A program made the position numbers and the translations under genes. DNA of 32,000 bases from Alkalilimnicola ehrlichii MLHE-1 (lineage in GTDB: Bacteria; Pseudomonadota; Gammaproteobacteria; Nitrococcales; Halorhodospiraceae): NCBI RefSeq assembly GCF_000014785.1, contig NC_008340.1, forward strand, positions 2,550,001 to 2,582,000, in the 5' to 3' direction. Positions 26,535-32,000 of the stretch are shown piece by piece (position 1 is the first letter of the stretch; each line of letters begins with the position of its first letter). The notes beneath the pieces are model-generated. The model did no database searches, was not told the DNA's origin, and saw only the letters and a list, made by a program, of their open reading frames with translations.

Positions 26535-26750
26535 TCAGGCCACGTCCACGTATTCGACGTGACTGCTGGGCTGGGGAATAGGCGCCCCGTCCTCACGCAG
26601 ACCGGCCAGATGCCACTCAATCGCTTCACGGATCAGTGCCTCTGCCTCGGGAATGCTATCGCCGGTCGCTACACAGCCTGGCAGATCGGGCACATAGGCC
26701 GAATAGTTCTGCCCCGCCTTTTCGATGACAATCGCGTACTTCACGGCCAC
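26535..26750 (-). CDS. hicB: HicB-family antitoxin, short form (toxin-binding domain only)
   Basis: 71 aa: (M)AVKYAIVIEKAGQNYSAYVPDLPGCVATGDSIPEAEALIREAIEWHLAGLREDGAPIPQPS, the UPF0150/HicB N-domain signature. The start is GTG at 26750, directly after the hicA TAG. GTG at 26744 may be better placed because it lies 9 nt after GGAGG. Confidence 0.8.
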   Translation of the reverse strand: MAVKYAIVIEKAGQNYSAYVPDLPGCVATGDSIPEAEALIREAIEWHLAGLREDGAPIPQPSSHVEYVDVA

Positions 26751-26936
26751 CTACCTCCAACCTGCCTGCTTAAAGATGCTGTTGACCGTTCCCGGTGCCA
26801 ACTCATCACCGGGCTTTCCGGCAACCGTCACCCGCCCGGGTTTCGACGGATGCTTGAATTGCCGATGACTCCCTCGGGTCGCGTGGAGATACCACCCATC
26901 TTCCCGTAGCCACAGCAGAATGTCCCGAACTTTCAT
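26751..26936 (-). CDS. hicA: HicA-family mRNA interferase toxin
   Basis: 61 aa: MKVRDILLWLREDGWYLHATRGSHRQFKHPSKPGRVTVAGKPGDELAPGTVNSIFKQAGW, the canonical YcfA/HicA pattern including GSH..F.HP. It starts at ATG with GGGAGGG upstream. Confidence 0.85.
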   Translation of the reverse strand: MKVRDILLWLREDGWYLHATRGSHRQFKHPSKPGRVTVAGKPGDELAPGTVNSIFKQAGWR

Positions 26937-27008
26937 GGGCCCTCCCTGGCTTCATGATTCTCTGCCACCGTGTTTCACCGGCCTGCGATTTGCAGCGCCA
27001 AGTATCAA

Positions 27009-28811
27009 TCAAAGCTCGGCGGCGCGCTCTTCGTCGTACCACCAGGTGTCAAAGCCCAGGGCGTATTTCGGGCTGGTCTCCGGGCGGTCGAACTTGTCCC
27101 AGTAGGCCAACCGGAAGGCCGGCAGGTGCCAGTGGGGCACCACATAGTGGCCGTGCAGCAGCACCCGGTCCAGGGCGCGGGTGGCGGCCACCAGGGTGTC
27201 GCGATCGGGGGCGTGGATGATGCGCTCGATCAGCGCGTCCACCACCTCGTCGCAAATGCCGGCGTAGTTGCGGCTGCCCGGGGTCTCGGCGGCGGCGCAG
27301 CTCCAGTAGTTGCGCTGCTCATTGCCGGGCGACAGGGACTGGCCGATCAACTGCACGGTGATGTCGAAGTCGAACTCATCCATGCGGCTCTGGTACTGGG
27401 AAGTGTCCACGGTACGCACACTCACCTCCATGCCCAACCGCTCCAGGTTGCGCCGCCAGGGCAGGGCTACCCGCTCGAAGCTGGCGTTATCCAGCAGCAC
27501 CTCGAAGCGCATGCGCTCACCGGTCTCGCCGTGCACCAGCCGGCCGTCCTCGACCACCCAGCCGGCCTCCCGCAGCAGGGCCGCCGCTTGCCGCAGGTTG
27601 CGGCGCAGGCCGCGATCCCCTTCGGTGCTCGGCGGCTCGAAGGCGGACTCGAACAGCGCCTCCGGCAACTGATCGCGGTAGGGCTCGAGGATCTCCAGCT
27701 CCTCGGCCGAGGGCGGCCCGTCGGACGCCAGTTCCGAATTGGAGAAGTAGGACCGGGTACGGGTGTAGCCATCGTGGAACAGGTTGCGGTTGGTCCACTC
27801 GAAATCGAAGGCCAGCGACAACGCCTCACGCACCCGCGGATCGCTGAAGCGGTCACGCCGGGTGTTAATGAAGAAGCCCTGCATCCCGGTGGGGATCTCG
27901 TGGGCGATCTCCTCGCGCTGCACCCGGCCCTCGCGCACCGCGGCGAAATCGTAGGCATTGGCCCAGTTGCGGGCGATGTTCTCGGGACGGAAGTCATACT
28001 CCCCGGCCCGGAAGGCCTCCAGCGCCACATCGGCGTCGCGGTAGTAGTCGTAACGGATGCGGTCGAAGTTGTGGCGCCCGCGGTTCACCGGCAGGTCGGC
28101 GGCCCAGTAGTCCTCCACCCGCTCGTAGACGATATGCCGGCCCTGGCGCACCTCGGCCACCCGGTAGGGGCCGCTGCCCAGGGGCTTGTCCAGGGTGGTG
28201 CGATCGAATTCGCGGTCCGCCCACCAGTGCTCCGGCAGCACCGGCATCTGCCCGACGATCAGCGGCAGCTCGGCGTTCTCATTGCCAGCGAAGTGGAAGG
28301 TCACCTGGCGCTCGCCGGTCCGCTCGACCCGCTCCACGTCGCGGTAGTAGCTGCGCAGCGAGGGGTGACCGTGCTCGCGCAGGGTCTCGAAGGTCCAGAT
28401 GACGTCGTCCACGGTGATGGGCTCGCCGTCGTGGAAGCGCGCCTCGGGCCGCAGGTCAAAGCGCACCCAGTAGCCCTCCGGGTCCACCTCAATGGTCTCG
28501 GCAATCAGCCCGTACTCGGTAAAGGGCTCGTCGGCACTGTTCTCGGTCAGGCTGTCGAAGACCTGGCTCAGCCCCTGGGCCGGCACCCCGCGGAGGATAT
28601 AGGGGTGCAGGCTGTCGAAGGTGCCCAGGGCGGACAGGCGCACCGCCCCGCCCTTGGGGGCGTCGGGGTTGACGTAGTCGAAGTGCTCGAAGTCGGGACC
28701 GTACTTGGGCTCGCCGTGCAGCGCGATGGCGTGACCACCGGCCAAGGCGGCCGCGGGCAGGCCGATCAGGCCCAGGGCCATGACGAAGGTCCGGACGATA
28801 CGCTGGGGCAC
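27009..28811 (-). CDS. yejA: ABC transporter periplasmic substrate-binding protein, family 5 (YejA-like)
   Basis: The track ORF 27009..28871 is TTG-extended. I place the start at GTG 28811 (AAGGAGA 6 nt upstream). This gives the signal peptide MPQRIVRTFVMALGLIGLPAAALAGGHA and a 600-aa product. The SBP_bac_5-like body includes YYRDADVALEAFRAGEYD. Confidence 0.85.
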   Translation of the reverse strand: MPQRIVRTFVMALGLIGLPAAALAGGHAIALHGEPKYGPDFEHFDYVNPDAPKGGAVRLSALGTFDSLHPYILRGVPAQGLSQVFDSLTENSADEPFTEYGLIAETIEVDPEGYWVRFDLRPEARFHDGEPITVDDVIWTFETLREHGHPSLRSYYRDVERVERTGERQVTFHFAGNENAELPLIVGQMPVLPEHWWADREFDRTTLDKPLGSGPYRVAEVRQGRHIVYERVEDYWAADLPVNRGRHNFDRIRYDYYRDADVALEAFRAGEYDFRPENIARNWANAYDFAAVREGRVQREEIAHEIPTGMQGFFINTRRDRFSDPRVREALSLAFDFEWTNRNLFHDGYTRTRSYFSNSELASDGPPSAEELEILEPYRDQLPEALFESAFEPPSTEGDRGLRRNLRQAAALLREAGWVVEDGRLVHGETGERMRFEVLLDNASFERVALPWRRNLERLGMEVSVRTVDTSQYQSRMDEFDFDITVQLIGQSLSPGNEQRNYWSCAAAETPGSRNYAGICDEVVDALIERIIHAPDRDTLVAATRALDRVLLHGHYVVPHWHLPAFRLAYWDKFDRPETSPKYALGFDTWWYDEERAAEL

Positions 28812-28932
28812 AGGCCGTCTCCTTGCTGCTGTCTGCATGCCACGCCGGGGGGCGTCAGGAATCACCGGCAATGGTATAACAGACCACCCGACCTGTTGAC
28901 GGTTCCTTGGGCACCGCCCGGCGGGGCCGCCC

Positions 28933-29430
28933 TCATTCCTCCGCCGTGGTAAACCGGTACGTCGCGTGGCAGGCCACGCAGGTATTTTGGGTGCGCACCA
29001 GCTGGCGCTGGATCAGCACCGGCTCCGCCTCCTCGCGGGCCAGGTCCGCGATCCGCTTAAAGCCGTCGTGCAGGTGGTGCATCATCGCCTGATAGCCCTG
29101 CGGCATATTCGCCTGCATCCGCTCATGCCGCCCCCCGCTCCCGCCGGCCTGGCCACCCGCCGACGCCCGGTAGCGGCGGGGCACCACGCGCAACGCCTTA
29201 TCGGCCACCGCCTGGTGATCGCCCTCCAGGGTGGCCCCCAGGATCTCGTTCGACATCGCCAGGTATTCGCGCATACGGCGGGCGCAGTGTTCGCGATCGG
29301 CCTCCGGGATCTTGATCTCGATACGGGATTCGGCGCTGCTGGCACCGCTCATCACGCCGCCCGCCAGCACCACCGTAAAGGTGCACGCCAACAGCACAGC
29401 CCTGGGTACGGCCACATTACCGGATAACAA
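28933..29430 (-). CDS. class II (cytochrome c'-like) c-type cytochrome, periplasmic
   Basis: A single CxxCH lies near the C-terminus, followed by YR (NTCVACHATYRFTTAEE), as in four-helix-bundle class II cytochromes c. The track ORF extends to GTG 29469. I prefer TTG 29430 (AGGAGGGG 5 nt upstream), which gives the signal peptide MLSGNVAVPRAVLLACTFTVVLAGGVMSGASSA. Confidence 0.55.
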   Translation of the reverse strand: MLSGNVAVPRAVLLACTFTVVLAGGVMSGASSAESRIEIKIPEADREHCARRMREYLAMSNEILGATLEGDHQAVADKALRVVPRRYRASAGGQAGGSGGRHERMQANMPQGYQAMMHHLHDGFKRIADLAREEAEPVLIQRQLVRTQNTCVACHATYRFTTAEE

Positions 29431-29485
29431 GGGATCCCCTCCTGCATCAACGGGCCGCCCGATCAGCACCGGGCCGCCCTATCAC

Positions 29486-31741
29486 TCAGAATTGGTACGT
29501 CGCCCCGGCGCGCAGAAAACGCCCCGGGTCGGCGTAGAGAGAGCTGTCATTATCCTCGTTGAAGAGGTTGTCCACGGCGGCATGGAGACGCACCCCCTGC
29601 CAGGCCGCAGGCCGGTAGCTTGCGCTCACGCCCACCAGGGTGTGGCTCGCCTGCCGCTCATCGTCGTCCGCCGCGGTGTGATAGGCCCCGACATAGCGGG
29701 CCCGGGTCTGCAAATGCAGCGCCTGCGTGGCCTGCCAGCGCAACGTGACCATGGCGGTGAGTTCAGGGGCGTTGGGCAGGTGCCGGTAGTGCGCCTGGCT
29801 GACCCGGCCCCACGAGGCGTCCTCGATCCAGGTGGCGGTCAGGTCGGTGCCCAGACGCGGCGACCAGTCGGTCTCCAGCGCGGCCTCCAGGCCGCGGGTC
29901 CGTGAGGTGCCGATATTGCGGAAGGTGCGGTACTCGTCCGTTTCCCGGACCCGGGCGATGCGATCCTCGATCGCCGTGTAGAAGCCGCTGAAATCGTAAC
30001 GCAGGCGGAGCGCTGCCGGGTCCCCCAGGTGGCCCCGGACCCCGAGTTCCACGTTCTCGCTCTGTTCCGGGGCAAGGGCGTGGGCCTCGTCCTTGATGCC
30101 CTCGCGGATCACATCAGCACCGAGCATCCAATCACCCCGCGGCGTCCGGGTATCGGCACTCAGGGCTCTGAGGTCCGGGTACTTGAAGCCCTGGGCGTAG
30201 TTCACCCGCAGGCTCGCCTGCGGGGCCAGCGCGTACACCACCCCGCCCTCCACCGAGGTGTTATCGCCCCCCACCGAGGCATCGTCAAAGCGCGCCCCAT
30301 AGATGATGTCCAGCCGCTCGGTGGCCTGCCATTCGTGCTGGGCAAACACCCCGGCCTGCCAGCGTGAGCTGTCCTCCTGGCCTTCCACATTATCCCTGTA
30401 CTCGAGATCCCGGTGCTCGAAGCCCGCCTGCACGGTATGCCGGACCACCGGTGTCCAGGTGCTCAGGAACTCGTTGGTCAACTCGATCAACGTCACATCA
30501 CGACCCTGGAAGTCGCTCTCCTCCCGGCTCTCAAACCCCAGGTCCCGATAGGGGATGACCGCCACCGAGCGGTCTTTCTCATACCGGCTGTAGTGGATAC
30601 GGTGATTGAGGGCCAGGCCCGCCGTCGCCTGCCAGTCGGCACTGGCGGCCACCTCCCAGCGCCGGTTGTCGTCGAGCCAGCGCACCGGGACGTTGAAGAC
30701 CGGGCGGTAGCCGTCGTCATGCGCCAGGGCGGTGTTGGTCCTGCCGGCATTGATGAAGTCACGGCGGCGCTCCTCCCACAGGTGGCTGGCGTCCAGGCGG
30801 ACGCTGAACCGGTCGCTGAACCAGTGCTCCAGCGAGCCCCCGAGGGTATGGACATCCGCCTCGTCGCGGCGGAACTCATCGATGGTGTACTCATCGGGCA
30901 GATCCAGCTGGTTCACCCAGCCCGGTGCCTCGTCGCTGGATGGCGCCACGCGGTTTCCGGCAGGGCCGACACGGACCGGCGCGGTCGCCTCCTGTTGATA
31001 ACCATCCCGATGGCTGGCCTCCCCGAAAAGGGTGAACTGGGTATCCGCACTGCCGCCGAGCAGGTTGAACCCCACGTCATAGCGCGCCGCCTCGCCGTCC
31101 CGGGCCCGGGCGCCAGCCTGCACAGCCACACTGCCTTGCAGCCCCGGCCGGGGGCGCCGGGTCACGATGTTGATCACCCCGCCCAGGGCGTCCGAGCCGT
31201 AGAGCACACTGCCCGGCCCCTTGACGATCTCGATACGCTCGATGCGGTGGGTGGGGATGCGGTTCAGTTCATAGCGCCGGCTCGGCTCGCCGAGGACCCG
31301 GCGACCGTCGATCAGGATCACGGTGTCCTCCCGGGCCGCACCGCGCACCGAGTGCCCCGTCCCATCCGCGCTCACGAAGATACCCGAGTGGCTGCGCAGG
31401 GCCTCATCGAGAAGGGTCGCCCCACTGCGCTGGAGCTGTTCCGCGGTGATGACCTCCACACTACCCGGGCTTCGCTGGCGTGCCCGTTCGCTGCGGGTCG
31501 GCGCGGTCACAACCACCGGCGCCAGGCCGTAGGCCGCCTGGCCGTCAGCACCACCCGCCCCCAAGTCAACACCAGCCTGCCCCATCCCCGCGAACCCCAA
31601 CATGGCCGCCCCAAGCAACAGCCCGAGCCGCCGCGGGCCCCTTTCCGCCGGCCCCAGTGACCACCGGGGCCGGCCATTTCGGGAGGCGTTGTCGCGGGGT
31701 TTAGCACGGCGGGACGGGATACTGCCTGGTTGGGTGGACAT
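29486..31741 (-). CDS. TonB-dependent outer-membrane receptor
   Basis: I use the internal ATG at 31741 of track ORF 29486..31822 (GAGGG upstream). The plug domain is VEVITAEQLQRSGATLLDEALRSHSGIFV...IERIEIVKGPGSVLYGSDALGGVINIVT. The C-terminal beta-barrel ends in ...RAGATYQF with a terminal Phe. The substrate is not deducible. Confidence 0.85.
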   Translation of the reverse strand: MSTQPGSIPSRRAKPRDNASRNGRPRWSLGPAERGPRRLGLLLGAAMLGFAGMGQAGVDLGAGGADGQAAYGLAPVVVTAPTRSERARQRSPGSVEVITAEQLQRSGATLLDEALRSHSGIFVSADGTGHSVRGAAREDTVILIDGRRVLGEPSRRYELNRIPTHRIERIEIVKGPGSVLYGSDALGGVINIVTRRPRPGLQGSVAVQAGARARDGEAARYDVGFNLLGGSADTQFTLFGEASHRDGYQQEATAPVRVGPAGNRVAPSSDEAPGWVNQLDLPDEYTIDEFRRDEADVHTLGGSLEHWFSDRFSVRLDASHLWEERRRDFINAGRTNTALAHDDGYRPVFNVPVRWLDDNRRWEVAASADWQATAGLALNHRIHYSRYEKDRSVAVIPYRDLGFESREESDFQGRDVTLIELTNEFLSTWTPVVRHTVQAGFEHRDLEYRDNVEGQEDSSRWQAGVFAQHEWQATERLDIIYGARFDDASVGGDNTSVEGGVVYALAPQASLRVNYAQGFKYPDLRALSADTRTPRGDWMLGADVIREGIKDEAHALAPEQSENVELGVRGHLGDPAALRLRYDFSGFYTAIEDRIARVRETDEYRTFRNIGTSRTRGLEAALETDWSPRLGTDLTATWIEDASWGRVSQAHYRHLPNAPELTAMVTLRWQATQALHLQTRARYVGAYHTAADDDERQASHTLVGVSASYRPAAWQGVRLHAAVDNLFNEDNDSSLYADPGRFLRAGATYQF

Positions 31742-31829
31742 CGGTGCCCTCATTTCCTTAGGCCAGAGCAAGGAGGCCGACGCCGCAGCAATGGCGCGCC
31801 TCCACGGGGATCCATCTATCACGAGATAT

Positions 31830-31862
31830 GCGAATGGTAACGATTCGTATTACGTTTAACAA
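31830..31862 (-). promoter_or_regulatory. candidate sigma70 promoter of the TonB-dependent receptor gene, with a weak Fur-box-like sequence
   Basis: On the minus strand: TTGTTA (31862-31857), 17 nt, TACCAT (31839-31834). This is the only AT-rich patch upstream of the receptor. On the plus strand, 31830-31848 (gcgaatggtaacgattcgt) matches 11 of 19 positions of GATAATGATAATCATTATC by my alignment. Confidence 0.3.
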
Positions 31863-32000
31863 CCGAGTAGCCCGGTGGGTGGGGCCGTACAACGGCCCAG
31901 CAGGCTACAGCGCGGCGGTGCGGATGGTAGGATTGGGGCCTTGCGGCACGGCCGACTTCGCCCGCTCGTGGGCACCACCGCTTTCAGGAGGCAATAACAA

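Noticed and set aside
26937-27008. A dedicated promoter or operator for hicAB in the yejA-hicA gap (TTGATA/TTGATT hexamers and a CTGC-N5-GCAG mini-palindrome).
   Set aside because: No -10 hexamer lies at an acceptable spacing from any -35 candidate. The palindrome has only 4 bp per arm. I treat hicAB as probably read through from yejA, which is flagged as testable in the findings.
31863-32000. A possible cobalamin riboswitch upstream of the TonB-dependent receptor. The minus-strand sequence contains GGUGCC, GGGCGAAGUCGG, AAUCC and CCGCGCUGUAGCC, reminiscent of B12-element blocks.
   Set aside because: No B12 box (AGYCMGGAGACCKGCC-like) is present. The GGUGNGAAUCC core is missing. The better promoter candidate (31834-31862) lies downstream of this segment, so it would not be in the leader. 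An AGGAGG at 31986-31991 suggests the region instead serves a plus-strand gene starting beyond the window. A cmscan with RF00174 would settle it.

Overview
High-GC (roughly two-thirds G+C), gene-dense chromosomal segment that looks proteobacterial, probably gammaproteobacterial judging from djlA, rnt, rimK and yejABEF. This is inferred from gene content only. I support 27 protein-coding genes, almost all housekeeping:
- trpE (partial) and gph.
- djlA.
- A four-gene putative photoprotection operon: FAD oxidoreductase, Cfa-like methyltransferase, MerR/LitR-like regulator, photolyase.
- purC plus an unlisted 58-aa membrane ORF.
- tkt-gap-FAH.
- An activated-methyl-cycle block: metK, SAH riboswitch, ahcY, metF.
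- A RimB-like protease gene and rimK, then an orphan lipoprotein and rnt.
- yejA-[hicA-hicB]-yejB-yejE-yejF.
- A class II c-type cytochrome and a TonB-dependent receptor.

Many long ORFs in the track are antisense or out-of-frame artefacts of the high GC content. The track also extends ORFs to the furthest ATG/GTG/TTG, so several starts were moved inward.

I see no clear novel multi-gene system such as a defence island. The observations most worth following up are:
1. A structured 74-79 bp palindromic (REPIN-like) element family with a conserved, polarised 11-nt head. It fills five intergenic regions (about 2 kb) and includes an 8-copy near-identical 93/94-bp tandem array between ahcY and metF, downstream of the SAH riboswitch.
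2. Four ACA motifs phased exactly 11 bp apart over the promoter of the photolyase operon. This looks like a CarH/LitR-type operator. The cognate regulator has Cys where the cobalamin-ligating His should be.
3. A lower-GC hicAB module, with a minimal HicB that lacks a DNA-binding domain, inserted inside the yej transporter operon.
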